Assembly (NCBI GenBank): GCA_963743805.1
Contig: CAVUQY010000006.1
Location: forward strand, 36,183-100,182
From: an uncultured beta proteobacterium
Lineage (GTDB): Bacteria > Pseudomonadota > Gammaproteobacteria > Burkholderiales > SG8-39
DNA: 64,000 bases
Direction: 5' to 3'
The position numbers and the translations under genes were made by a program. Below, one piece after another: positions 9,471 through 20,959 of the stretch (positions are counted from its first letter, which is position 1; every line of letters begins with the position of its first letter). The notes beneath the pieces were generated by a model. It did not search any database and was not told the DNA's origin. It saw nothing but the letters and a program-made list of their open reading frames with translations.

Positions 9471-12400
9471 CGCGCCGGCGACTGATCGCCGCACTTGCCG
9501 CGGCGCTGGTCGGCCTGCCGATCGCGGCGGTCCTCGGCGCGGCCGTCGTGCTCGTCCTGTTCGACGTGGCGATCGACATGGCGCGCTGGCGCGACGCGAT
9601 CACTGCGCGGGCCACCGCGTCCCTGGGGCGGCCCGTGGCGCTCGAAGGGGCGCTCGAGCTGGTGCTCGGCCGCGAGACGCGGCTGCGCGTCGGCGGGGTG
9701 CGCATCCTGAACCCGCCCGGCTTCGCCGCCCAGGAGTTCGCCGCGCTCGGCGACGCGCGCGCGCGCGTCGACCTGTTCGCGGCACTGCGCGGCGAGCTGC
9801 ACGTGTTGAGCTTCGAGGCAGCCGACGGCCGCGTGCGCCTCGAGCGCGCCGCGGACGGCCGCACGAACTGGGCCGCACGCGAGGTCGCCGCCGCAGCGCG
9901 CGCCGAGCCGGCACTGCCCCAGCCGGCGATCGAGATCGATCGCATCGCGCTCAACCGGCTCTCGGTCGAGTACGTGGACGCGCGCTCGGATACCCGCCAC
10001 GTCCTCGCCCTCGACGAGGTGCGCGCCAGCGGCCGCTGGGACGAGCCGCTGAAGCTCCAGGTCCGCGGCCGCGTCGACGACACGTTCCGCTACACGGCCG
10101 AGGTGGCGGGCGGCTCGGCGCGCCTGCTCCAGGAATCGGGCGAGCCCTGGCCGTTCACGCTCGACTTCGAGTTCCTCGGCACGCGGCTGCACGCCGACGG
10201 AACCGTGGACGCGGCCAAGCGCGAAGCGCGGTTCGACTTCGGCGCGGGCACCGAGGACCTCGCGCAGGTCGAGCGCTTCCTGCAGACCAAGCTGCCGAAG
10301 TTCGGGGTCGCGGCGCTCACCGGAAAAGTTCTCGCGAGCGCGGCGGCGGTCGAGCTCAAGGCGCTGCACGGCGTTCTCGGCGACTCGGAGCTCCACGGTG
10401 ATCTGGCGCTCACGCTGGGCGGCGCGCGGCAGCGCCTGACCGGCGCACTGACCGTCGCGACGCTGGATCTGCGGCCCTTCCTCGACGGCGATCCACGCAA
10501 GCGCGACGAGCCGCTCGGCTACGACGAGCTGGCGCGGCACACCCTGCCGCTGCGCGACCTCGCGCCGCTCGACGTCGATCTCGACCTGCGCGTCGGCGCG
10601 CTGGATCGGTCTCCCGGGCGACGTGCGCGACGCTCGGCTCGAGCTGCGCGCCGACGAACGAGGCGTGCGCGCGCCGATCGGCGCGACGTTCGCCGGCGTG
10701 CCGCTGACCGGGCGCCTCGACCTCGACACCGCGGCCGCCACGCCGACGTTCGCGCTCGAGCTGGGCGCGCGGGGTTCGGCGCTCGGCGACCTCGCGCGCG
10801 TGCTGACCGGCGCGACCGGCATCGACGGGACGCTCGGGCGCTTCGACCTGCGGCTCGGCGGCCGCGGCGAGACGCTCGGCGCCCTGGTGAGCGACCTCGA
10901 GCTGGCCCTCGCTGTGGCGGCCTCGCGGTTGAGCTACGGCAACTTCGCCGGCGGGCGCGCGGTCGCATTCACGCTGGATGCCCTCGACGTCGCCGTGCGC
11001 CGCGGCGAGCGCCTGCGCGGCACGGCGCGCGGCACGCTGCTCGGCGAGCGCGCGACGCTCGCGCTCCGCGGCGGCAAGCTGCCCGACATGCTGCGCGAGC
11101 TCGCTGCGCCGGTCGAAATCGACCTCACCGCCGCGGACGCCAAGGTGCGGATCGAGGGCACGCTCGCTCGCCCCGAAGCGACGCGCGGCACCGACCTCGC
11201 GTTCCGGCTCGACGCGCGGCGCTCGGGCAATCTCGCGCGCTGGCTGGGCGTTGCGCCGGAGTCGAACCTGCCGCTCTCGCTGCGCGGCCGCGCGCGCGTC
11301 GAGAGCGACGCGTGGCACCTCGACGAGACGACGCTGAAGCTCGGGCGCAGCGACCTGACCATCGACGCGCATCGCACCGGGATCGGCGGCAGGCCGGTCA
11401 TCGTCGCAGCGGTGCGCAGCACGCTGATCGACCTGCCCGAACTGGAAACGCTGCGCGCCAGGCAGTCCGCCCCTGCGGACGGGAAGATCGACGTCCCGAT
11501 CCTGCCCTACGGGATCGACCTCGCGGACGCCGACCTCGGACTCGGACTGCAGCGGGTGGTGCTCGGCCGCGCCGAGCTCGCCGACGTCGGTTTCGGCGCG
11601 CGCATCCGCGAAGGGCGCCTGCCGCCGTCGCCGTTCGCGGCGATCTTCGCCGGCGTCCCGTTCGAGGGGCTCTTCGGGCTCGACCTGCGCAGCGACGTGC
11701 CCGAAGTCTCGCTGGCGATGTCCACCGGGCGGACCGACGTGGGAGCGCTGCTGCGCCGGCTTCGGCGTCGCCGAGGACATCGACGGGCACGCCGATGCGC
11801 TGCAGGTCGAGATCACCGGACGGGGCAGCCGCCTAAGCGACATGGCGGAGCGCTCGACGTTCGAGGCGCGCCTGCTCGGCGGCGAAATTGCGGTGCAAGG
11901 CGCGTCAAAGGCGCCGGTGGCGAGGATCCGGCTGAAGGAGGCAATCATCGCCGCGCCCCCGGGCAAGCGCATCGCCGCCCGGCTCGACGGCGCTCTCGAC
12001 GAGACGCCGGTCGAGATCCTGGTCTGGAGCGGGACGCTCGCCGACTTCGCCCGCGACGCCAGCAAGGTGCCGTTCTCGGTGGATGCAAAGGCCGCAGGCG
12101 CGCAGCTCACCCTCGAAGGCGAGGTGGCGCTGCCGCTCGGGCGCGGCGGACAGCTCACGCTGGAGATGCGCGGCGAGCGGCTCGACAGCTTGAGCGGGCT
12201 CGCGCGCGTGGCGCTGCCGGCGTGGGGCCCGTGGTCGATCCGCGGCCCGTTCCAGATGACGCCGACCGGCTACGAGGTGCGGCGGCTCCAGGTGCGCGTC
12301 GGCACGAGCCGGCTGAACGGCACCGGGCGGCTCGACGTGACCGGCCCGCGCCCGCGCCTCGACGTGCGCATCACCGCGCCCAACGTGCAGCTCGACGATT

Positions 12401-13351
12401 TTCCGTACCAGGCGGCGAGCGACGGCGCGCCGTCGATGCCGACGACGCAGGAGGACCTGCGCGCGACGGCGCGCGGCGCGGCGACGCAGACCCAGGCGCT
12501 GCTCAGCGCCGCGTTCCTGCGCCGGCTCGACGCATTCGTCGACGTGCAGGTGCGGCAGGTCCTCTCGGGCACCGACCGCCTCGGCGACGGCCGGCTGGTC
12601 GCGCAGATCGTCGAGGGACGGCTCTACCTCGGCCCGATCGAGGTCAACCTGCCCGGCGGCACCGCGAAGCTCTCGATCGCGTACGACCCGACCAAGGGCG
12701 CGATCGAGCTCGCCGCCGGTGCCTATATCGAGCGCTTCGACTACGGCATCCTTGCGCGCCGCCTGCGTCGCGGGGACGACGTCGACGGCTACTTCAGCCT
12801 GAACCTCGAGCTCGCGGGCACGGCGCCGTCGCTCGATGCGATCATGAGTCACGCCAGCGGGCGAATCGACTTTGCCATCTGGCCCTACGACGTGCGCGCG
12901 GGCGTCTTCGACCTGTGGTCGGTGAACGTCATGCTCGCGCTGCTGCCGTTCATCGACCCGCGTTCGGAATCGCGCGTGAACTGCGTCGTCGGCCGCTTCG
13001 ACCTGAACGACGGCAAGCTGCGGGACGACACGATGGTGATCGACACCACTCGCGTGCGCGTGCGCGGCGCCGGCGGCGCGAATTTCGAGACCGAGGCGAT
13101 CGGGTTCCGCTTCAGGCCGCGCGCGAAGGGACTGGCGCTGCTCGAGCCTGCAGACCCCGCTCCAGGTCACCGGCACGTTCACCGACTTCAGCGTCGGCGT
13201 CGAGGCGGGCGACGTCCTCGCGACGATCCTTCGCCTGCTCGGCTCGGTGATCGTCGTGCCGTTCGAGTGGCTCACCCAGGGCCCGCTGCCGCGCGACGGC
13301 GCGGACGTGTGCACCGATCCGCTGCGCCAGACGGGCGCGGCGAAGCGCTGA
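9467..13351 (+). CDS. AsmA-family outer-membrane biogenesis protein (about 1290 aa), frame breaks near 10610, 11780 and 13150
   Basis: MTRRRLIAALAAALVGLPIAAVLG... has an N-terminal TM anchor followed by a long beta-rich region. It was stitched from ORFs 8120..11836, 10623..13250 and 11842..13368 plus a final frame ending with TGA at 13349..13351. Confidence 0.8.
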
Positions 13352-13364
13352 GCCCGCTCCCCGG

Positions 13365-13853
13365 CTAACGCGCCCGGCTCGACCGGGCGCGCTTCGCCGC
13401 CGGGCCGCGCTTCGCGCCGCGCTGCTTGCTCAGGTGATCGAGCATCGCGTCGAGCCCGAGGAAGTACGACTTCATGCCGAACCCGGCGATCAGCCCCACC
13501 GCCGTCTCCGCGAGGATCGAATGGATCCCGCGCTTCTCGATGTTGGTGATGTGGATCTCGACGTACGGAAACGGCACCGCGCGCAGGGTGTCGCGCAGCG
13601 CGTAGCCGGCGAAGATGAAGGCCGCGGGATTCATCACCAGGCCGTCGACCTTCTCGTCCACCGCGCGGTAGAGCCGCTCGATCGCGGTGCCCTCGGTGTG
13701 CGTGTAGAAGAGGTCGAGCTGGTACTTGTTCGCGCGCGCGTGGGCGAGGAGCATGGCGTCGAGCTCCGCGGCGGAGGTCTTGCCGTAGATCTCCGGCTGC
13801 CGCCGGCCGAGGTAGCTCAGGTTGGGGCCCTGGATCAGCAGGATGTTTGGCAC
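13365..13853 (-). CDS. aroQ: type II 3-dehydroquinate dehydratase with a basic C-terminal tail
   Basis: ORF 13365..13904. VPNILLIQGPNLSYLGRRQPEIYG...HITNIEKRG... The probable GTG start is at 13853, preceded by AAGGAG. Confidence 0.9.
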   Translation of the reverse strand: MPNILLIQGPNLSYLGRRQPEIYGKTSAAELDAMLLAHARANKYQLDLFYTHTEGTAIERLYRAVDEKVDGLVMNPAAFIFAGYALRDTLRAVPFPYVEIHITNIEKRGIHSILAETAVGLIAGFGMKSYFLGLDAMLDHLSKQRGAKRGPAAKRARSSRAR

Positions 13854-13957
13854 GGCGTCTCCTTCAGAAAAGGTCGAGGGGAATGTCGCAATAGCCTGGC
13901 GCAAAACGGCAGGACGGGTCGGTCGGGATCGTCATTCGGCCTCGCAGCGCCGGTCGC

Positions 13958-15139
13958 TCATCGCCGCCCCGCGCCGTCCGGCAACGCCATGCCTTCGTTG
14001 AGGATGTCGACGTAGCGCGCATAACTGAACACCCGCCCGCGCTGCTTGCGCGTGAGCTCGGTCACCACCCCGACCCGTTCCAGGTGCGCCAGCGACTTGT
14101 TCACCGTTGCGGGCGTGAGGCCGGTGGCGGCCGCGAGCGATGCGGCGGTGGCGATCGGCCGGCGTTGCATCACCCGGTGGATCGCCAGCGCGGAAGTCGC
14201 GGCGCGGCCCAGTCCTTCGATGCGACGGCCATCGGCGGAGGCGAGCTCCAGCAGGCGCCTGGCCGACGTGGCGGCCTGCGTCGCGCTCGCGACCACGGCA
14301 TCGGCGAAGAACTCCAGCCACGTTTCCCAATCCCCCGACAGGCGCACCCCGTTCAGCAGCTCGTAATAGGTCTGCCGGTGCGCCTTGAAATGGAGGCTCA
14401 GGTACAGGAGCGGCTCGCGCAGCAGGCCGTCGGCGGCAAGCTGCAGCGCGATCAGCAGGCGGCCGACCCGCCCGTTGCCGTCGAGGAACGGGTGGATGGT
14501 CTCGAACTGCACGTGCGCCAGCGCGGCCTTGACGAGGGGCGGCGTCGGCTCGGGTCGATCGTGCAGGAAGCGCTCGAAGTGCTTCAGGCACTCGTCGACC
14601 TCGTTCGCCGGCGGCGGCACGAACACCGCGTTGCCCGGCCGCGTACCGCCGATCCAGACCTGACTGCGGCGGAACTCGCCCGGCGTGAGCTTTGCCCCCC
14701 GGCCGTGGCCGAGCAGCACCTTGTGCACCTCGCGTATCAGACGCAGCGACAGCGGAAACCCCCCGCGCAGCCGCTTCAAGCCGTGTTCCAGCGCCGCCAC
14801 GTAGCGGCTCACTTCGCGCGCGTCCTCCACCGGCACACCCGGTTGCTCGTCGAGCTCGAACAGCATCAGGTCCGCGAGCGAGGACTGCGTGCCCTCGATC
14901 ATCGACGACAACACGGCTTCCTTGCGCACGAAGCCGTAGAGCAGCAGCGCCGCGTTCGGCAGGAGATCGGTTACCGCGTCGAGCCGTCCCAGCGCAAGCA
15001 GCGCGGCATCGAAGCGACGATGCAGCGCCGGGGTCCAGTCGATGGCCGGGCGCGGCGGCAGGGGCGCAGGGACGAAGGCCTTGAACGCCTCGCCGGCGGT
15101 GGCGACCTTGAGGTAGCGGCCTTGCAGCGCGCGCTTCAT
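13958..15139 (-). CDS. Fic-family protein (AMPylase type) with an N-terminal inhibitory motif and a C-terminal winged-helix domain
   Basis: Intact 393 aa ORF. The Fic motif is HPFLDGNGRVGR. The upstream S-x-x-x-E-G inhibitory motif is SSMIEG. The C-terminus, LTPATVNKSLAHLERVGVV, is wHTH-like. Confidence 0.9.
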   Translation of the reverse strand: MKRALQGRYLKVATAGEAFKAFVPAPLPPRPAIDWTPALHRRFDAALLALGRLDAVTDLLPNAALLLYGFVRKEAVLSSMIEGTQSSLADLMLFELDEQPGVPVEDAREVSRYVAALEHGLKRLRGGFPLSLRLIREVHKVLLGHGRGAKLTPGEFRRSQVWIGGTRPGNAVFVPPPANEVDECLKHFERFLHDRPEPTPPLVKAALAHVQFETIHPFLDGNGRVGRLLIALQLAADGLLREPLLYLSLHFKAHRQTYYELLNGVRLSGDWETWLEFFADAVVASATQAATSARRLLELASADGRRIEGLGRAATSALAIHRVMQRRPIATAASLAAATGLTPATVNKSLAHLERVGVVTELTRKQRGRVFSYARYVDILNEGMALPDGAGRR

Positions 15140-15151
15140 CGGCGGCGGGAG

Positions 15152-15180
15152 CCTAAATTAGCGACCGGCGCTATTTTAGG
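15152..15180. promoter_or_regulatory. AT-rich near-perfect inverted repeat CCTAAATTAGCG-N5-CGCTATTTTAGG overlapping a putative fic promoter
   Basis: Read directly from the sequence, 13 nt upstream of the fic ATG. On the fic strand a TTGTTT-N18-TAAAAT promoter-like pair overlaps the repeat. This is the most AT-rich spot in this part of the window. Confidence 0.4.
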
Positions 15181-15209
15181 ATAAAACCATTTCGTAAAAC
15201 AACTGCCCG

Positions 15210-17132
15210 GTGCGGCCGGGCGCCGCGCCTGCCGCCAGGTGCGGGCGGCGCATGGCCATAGCGCTTCCCCCAGTAGAATACGCAGTCGAACCACCACTCC
15301 TCGCCCGCCCCCCGACCCCGCGCGCGGCGCGTTCCTCACCAGAGCCGATCGACTTGTCGTCCGTGCGTGATCGCTTTCCGTGTTGCTGGGCGACCCTCCT
15401 CGTCGCACTGCTCCTCGCGCTCGCCGCGCCGGCGCACGCCCAAGCACCGAATCCGTACGTGAAGTACCGCGTCGCCATCGACGCGCCGCTCGCGCTCGCG
15501 GACGAGCTGCGCTCGGGCCTCGACCTGTACCGGTGGCAGGGCTACGAGACGATGACGTCCGAGCTGCTCGCGCGCCTGATGACCGAGGCGGAGATCGAGG
15601 CGCGCGACATCCTCGCCGCGAACGGCTACTTCTCGCCGACGGTGAAGGCCACCCTCGACGCCGCCGTCGAGCCGCAGGTCGTCAGGATCGCGGTCGAGCC
15701 CGGCGACCCGACGAAGGTGACCGGCCTCGATCTCCGCTTCAGCGGCCCGCTCGCCGACGACAGCGCGCGCGCCGACGCGCTGCTGAAGACCGTGCGCGAG
15801 GACTGGCTCCTGCCCCCGGGCGCGGTGTTCACGCAGCTCGGCTGGGAGCGGGCGAAGCGGCGCGCGGTGGAGATCGTCTCCGAGCGCTTGTACGCCGGCG
15901 CGCGCATCGCGCAGAGCGAGGCGCGCATCGATCCGGACGCCCGCTCGGCGATGCTGGCGGTCACCATCGACAGCGGCCCGCCCCTGCGCTTCGGCGCGCT
16001 GCAGGTGCGCGGCGTCGCGCGCCACGAGGAAGATCGCGTCACGAACCTCTGGACCTTCGCTCCCGGCGAGCCCTACGACCGCGAGAAGCTCGAGCGCTTC
16101 CAGCGCCGCCTCGTGGGCACCGGCTACTTCGCCAGCGTGCAGGTCGACGCCGACCCGTCGGCGGCCGACGGCGGCGAGGTGCCGGTGCGCGTGAGCGTCA
16201 TCGAGGGGCCGCGGCGCCGGCTCGAGCTCGGCCTGGGCTACAGCACCGACACGAAGTTCCGCGGCAGCTTCGAATGGCGCAACAACGACTTCTTCGCGCG
16301 CGACTGGCGCCTGCGCCTCGGCGCCAACATCGAAACCGTGCAGCAGTCCGCCGAGATCGCGCTCGACCTGCCGGAGCGTCCGAGCGGCTGGGCCGACACC
16401 GTCGGCGTGCGCGGCAAGCGCACCGACATCGAGAACCTCCGGACCGACGAGTTGACCTTCGCCGTGCGCCGCACCGCGATCGAAGAGCGCTCGCGGGCCG
16501 CGTTCGGCGCCGCCTTCATCGCCTCGCGGGAAGAGCCATCGGGTTTCCCGTCGGAGGACGTCTACGCGACCTTCCTCGATTACGTGCACACCTGGCGCAC
16601 GACCGACAACGTTCTCTCGCCCCGGCGCGGGTGGGTCGCGCAGGCCGAGCTCGGCGGCGGCGTGCCGGGCATCTCCACGGAGGGCTTCGGGCGTGTGATC
16701 GGCCGGTTCGCGTGGTTCGTGCCGCTCGGCACCGCGCACGAGCTCTCGTTCCGCGCCGAGGCCGGCGCCGTGCTCGCGCCGTCGAACGAGGGCATTCCGC
16801 AGTCCCTGCTCTTCCGCACCGGCGGCGCGACCACGGTGCGCGGCTACAACTTCGAGTCCCTCGGCGTCACGCAGGGCGAGGCCGTGGTGGGCGGCCGCTA
16901 CCTCGGGATCGTGAGCGGCGAGTACACCCGCTGGCTCTGGGAAGGCATCGGGCTGGCGGCGTTCGTCGACGCCGGCAACGCGTCCGACGATCTGGGCGAC
17001 TTCCGCCTCGCGCTCGGCTACGGTGTCGGCGTGCGGGCGCGGAGCCCGATCGGCCCGTTCCGGCTCGACGTCGCGTACGGGCAGGAGGACGGGAAGGTGC
17101 GGCTGCATTTCTCGGTGGGGCTCTCCTTCTGA
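15210..17132 (+). CDS. tamA: translocation and assembly module outer-membrane subunit TamA (Omp85 family)
   Basis: Intact ORF. The signal peptide CCWATLLVALLLALAAPAHA suggests the real start is near GTG 15363. It has a POTRA-like N-terminal region and a C-terminal barrel ending VRLHFSVGLSF. Its stop overlaps the tamB ATG. Confidence 0.85.
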   Translation: MRPGAAPAARCGRRMAIALPPVEYAVEPPLLARPPTPRAARSSPEPIDLSSVRDRFPCCWATLLVALLLALAAPAHAQAPNPYVKYRVAIDAPLALADELRSGLDLYRWQGYETMTSELLARLMTEAEIEARDILAANGYFSPTVKATLDAAVEPQVVRIAVEPGDPTKVTGLDLRFSGPLADDSARADALLKTVREDWLLPPGAVFTQLGWERAKRRAVEIVSERLYAGARIAQSEARIDPDARSAMLAVTIDSGPPLRFGALQVRGVARHEEDRVTNLWTFAPGEPYDREKLERFQRRLVGTGYFASVQVDADPSAADGGEVPVRVSVIEGPRRRLELGLGYSTDTKFRGSFEWRNNDFFARDWRLRLGANIETVQQSAEIALDLPERPSGWADTVGVRGKRTDIENLRTDELTFAVRRTAIEERSRAAFGAAFIASREEPSGFPSEDVYATFLDYVHTWRTTDNVLSPRRGWVAQAELGGGVPGISTEGFGRVIGRFAWFVPLGTAHELSFRAEAGAVLAPSNEGIPQSLLFRTGGATTVRGYNFESLGVTQGEAVVGGRYLGIVSGEYTRWLWEGIGLAAFVDAGNASDDLGDFRLALGYGVGVRARSPIGPFRLDVAYGQEDGKVRLHFSVGLSF

Positions 17133-20100
17133 TGGCGCGCCGCTTTCGCATCGGCCTGATCGCGCTCGCCGCAGTCGTCTGCGCGGTCGGCGCCGCCGTG
17201 TGGTGGGCGGCGCGATCGGAGACGGCACTCGCCTGGATCACCACCCGCCTCGAGCGTTTCAGCGACGGCCGGCTGCGGATCGAATCGCCGCGCGGCTCGC
17301 TGATCGGGACGATCGGTGCGGCGCGCGTCGTGTACGCGGACCCGGACGTGCGCATCACCGCAACGGACGTGTCGCTCGATCTCCGGCTTGCCGCGCTGCT
17401 GCGCGAGCGGCTGGAGGCGAGCGCACTCGGCGCGAAGGAGATCCGCATCGAGATCCTGCCGACGCCGTCGACCGGACCGCCGGACACCCTCGGCGTGCCG
17501 GTGGCGATCGCGGTCGATCGCTTCGACCTCGCCGCGGTGACGCTCGTCGACGGCGGCGACACGACCGAGTTCCGCGACGTGTCCGGCGCGTACCGCGGCG
17601 GGCCGGACGGGCATCGCCTCGAACTGGCGCGCGCGCGCACGCCGTGGGGCGACGCGAGCGGGCTCGCGACGCTCGGGGCGGAGAAGCCCTTTCCGATCGA
17701 AGGCGGCGTGCGCTTCGTGCGAGCGACGTCGCCCTGGACCGTCGACGCGACCGCCGGACTGGCCGGGACGCTGCTCGCGACGAACGTGCGGCTCGACGGC
17801 CGCGTGGGCACGGCGCCGATCGAAGGCGAGCTCGTGCTCGCGCCGTTCGAGGAGCGGTGGCTCGCGCGCGCCCGCGCGAGCGCGCGCGATTTCGACCTCG
17901 CGGCCTTCGTGCCCGAAGCGCCCAGAACCGCGGCGACGGTCCGGCTCGAGGCCGCGGGCGGCGAGCGCGGCGGCTTTGCGGGCGAGGTGGCGATCGAGAA
18001 TGCGATGCCGGGCGCACCGACCGCCGGCCGCGTGCCGTTGAAGCGCGCGACGAGCCGGTTCGCGTACGACGGCAGCGCGCTGCGTCTCTCCGAGCTCGTC
18101 GCCGACCTCGGCGTCGCGGGCCGTGCGCGCGGCGCGGGCGAGATCGACGCCAAGGGCGCGAGCCGCTGGAACCTCGTCGTGGAGGCGCTGAACCTCCGCG
18201 GCCTGCACGCGCCGCTGCGCGAGACGCGGCTCGCGGGAAAGATCGTCGCGCGGGTCGACGAAGGCGCGCAGCACCTCGAAGTCGATCTGCGCGAGAAGGG
18301 CATCGCGATCGCCGGCGTGGCATCGCGCGAAGGCGATCGCGTGCTCATCCCGAAGCTGCGCGCGGCCGCGGGCCAGGGGCGAGCTGAGCGGAACGGCAAC
18401 GCTGTCGCTCGCCGGCGCGCAGCCGTTCGAGGCGCGCGCGCAGTTCCGCCGCTTCGATCCGGCGGCGTTCGGCGACTGGCCCACGGCGCTCCTGAACGGC
18501 GACATCCGCGCGACCGGCACGCTCGAGCCGGCGTGGCGCGCCGACGTGCGGATGGCGCTGTCGGACAGCCGTTTTCGCGGCGTGCCGCTGGCGGGCGGCG
18601 GCACGTTCGCCGTCTCGCCCCAGGGCGTGCGCGATGCCGACGCCACCATGACCGTCGGCGCGAACCGCATCGCCGCCAACGGCAGCTACGGTCGGCCCGG
18701 TGATTCGCTCGCGTTCGAGCTCGACGCGCGCAATCTCGCGCAGATCGACCCGCGTGCCGCGGGACAGCTCGCGGGGCAGGCGACGATCGGTAGCGGCGGC
18801 GGCCGGCCGACGATCGCGTTCGACGTGCGCGGCGCGAAGTTGCGCTGGGCGAGCGAGCGGACGATCGGCACGCTGTTGGCGAAGGGTGAACTCGCCGCGG
18901 GCGCGCAGCGGCCGATCGATCTCGCGCTGACGGCCGACGGCATCGACGCCCTCGTCCGCGTCGAGGGCGAATGGGACGGCGCGCGCAGCTGGCGCGGCGC
19001 GATCGCCCGCCTGGAGAACCGCGGCGAGTACGCGCTGGCGCTCGCCGCGCCGGCGCTGCTCGAGATCGCCCCCGACCGCGTCGCGCTCGGCGAGGCGACG
19101 GTGCGCGGGTTCGAAGGCGAGCTCGCGATCCAGCGCCTCGTCTGGGAGAACGGGCGGCTTTCGACGGCGGGACGGATGCGCGCGCTGCCGGCCGCGCCGC
19201 TGCTCGCCGCGGCCGGCTGGAAGCCCGAGCGCGGGACCGACCTCAGGCTGCGCGGCGAATGGTCGCTCGAGATGAGTCCGCGGGTAAACGGCAGCGCGCG
19301 CATCGAGCGCGAGAGCGGCGACATCGTGATCGCAGCCAGCCCGGTGCAGGCGATGCGCCTGTCGCAGCTCGCGATTGAAGCGAAGTTCGTCGACGACGCG
19401 CTGACCGCGACCGGCAGCCTGGACGCGGCGAATCTCGGCACCGTCGCGCTCGCGGCGAGCGCGAGCGGCCTCGCGCGCGACGCGCGCCTCGCCGGCCGGG
19501 TCACGGCGAACGTGACGACGCTGCGTCTGCTCGACGAGGCGGTCGGCACGGCCGCGATCATCAACGGCCGCGCCGCGCTCGACCTCGCGCTTGGCGGCAC
19601 GCTGGGTGCGCCCGCGCTCGCCGGCACCGCGACCGCCGACGACGTCCGGATCGACGTGCCGCAGTACGGCATCGCGCTCCGCGAGGGACGGCTCCGCGCG
19701 AAGCTCGAGGGCGACACGCTGGTGCTCGAGGATCTCGCCATCAAGGGTCCCGAGGGCGAGCTGACCGCGACCGGCACGCTCGCGCGCGGCGGCGAGGGCG
19801 CGAAGCTCGCGTGGAGGGCGGATCGGCTGCGCATCTTCAACCGTCCCGACCGGCGGCTGGTGGTCACCGGCGCGGGCACCGCTGCGCTGTCGCAGGCGCA
19901 ACTCGCGCTGCGCGGCGAGCTGCGCGCCGAAGAGGGTTACATCGAGTTCGCCGCGCAGGACACGGGCCGGCTCGGGGACGATGTCGTGATCGTCGGGCGC
20001 GACGCACCGGCGAAGCGCGCGGGCGCGCGGGCGCTGCCGCTCGACGTCGACATGACGCTCGATCCCGGTCAGCGGTTCCGCATCGTCGGCCAGGGGATCG

Positions 20101-20753
20101 ACGCTTACCTGCGCGGCACGCTGCATGTCCGGTCGCGCCCGGACGGCGTGATCGTCGCGCGCGGCGCGATCGAGACGGCGAACGGCACCTATCGCGCGTT
20201 CGGGCAGAAGCTCGACATCGAGCGCGGGCGGCTGCTGTTCGACGGCCCGATCGACAACCCCGCGCTCGACATCCTGGCGCTGCGCAAGAACCTGCAGGTC
20301 GAAGCGGGCGTCGAGGTGACCGGCACCGCCCGCGCCCCGCAGGTCCGGCTGACCTCGCGCCCGCCGGTGCCGGACGCGGAAAAGCTGTCGTGGCTGGTGC
20401 TCGGGCGCGCCTCACCCGACGCGTCGAGCGGCGACCTCGCGCTGCTGCAGGCGGCGGCCGCGCAGCTCGTCACCTCCGACCAGGCGGTGCCGCTCCACCG
20501 CCGCATCATCCAGGACATCGGACTCGACGACATCTCGGTGCGCGGCGCGTCCGGCGGCGCGGCGAGCGGACAGGTCGTCGCGTTCGGCAAGCGCGTCTCG
20601 GACCGGCTCTACATCGAGTACGAGCAGGGTCTCACCGTCGCCGCCAACCTCGTGCGGCTCACCTTCGCGCTCACGCGCACGCTGAGCGTGAACGCGCAGA
20701 CGAGCCAGACGACGTCGAGCTTCGGGTTCACCTACCGGCGCGCGTTCGATTGA
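17132..20753 (+). CDS. tamB: translocation and assembly module inner-membrane subunit TamB (DUF490), frame break near 18375
   Basis: MARRFRIGLIALAAVVCAVGAAVWW... (frame of ORF 15380..18703) continues in ORF 18546..20753, ending ...LSVNAQTSQTTSSFGFTYRRAFD. An extra g in ccagGGGGcgag causes the shift. Confidence 0.85.
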
Positions 20754-20959
20754 GCGCCCCGGCCACCGGCCCGGTCCGGGCGGAACCCACGTCGCAATTC
20801 GCGGCAGTTGCCGTGGGGATGCGAATGGGAGAGAATGTTTGTGCGGCGCAACATGCGCAGCAATCGAGGCGTCCACGCCGTCGCCTCGAACAAGAGATGT
20901 CACCGTCGTAGCCTCCGCGTCAGCGCAATCCTGCGCCACTTGAACAAGGAAAAAGAAGA

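Noticed and set aside
13958-15139. Fic as the toxin of a two-gene toxin-antitoxin pair.
   Set aside because: There is no small antitoxin ORF on either side. The inhibitory S-x-x-x-E-G motif is inside the Fic protein itself (class II arrangement).
20865-20888. The hairpin CGAGGCG-N10-CGCCTCG and neighbouring stems upstream of the PLDc_N-SHOCT gene as a riboswitch or sRNA.
   Set aside because: It does not resemble any riboswitch class I know, there is no U-tract and no conserved loop motifs. It is probably ordinary 5'-UTR or terminator-like structure.
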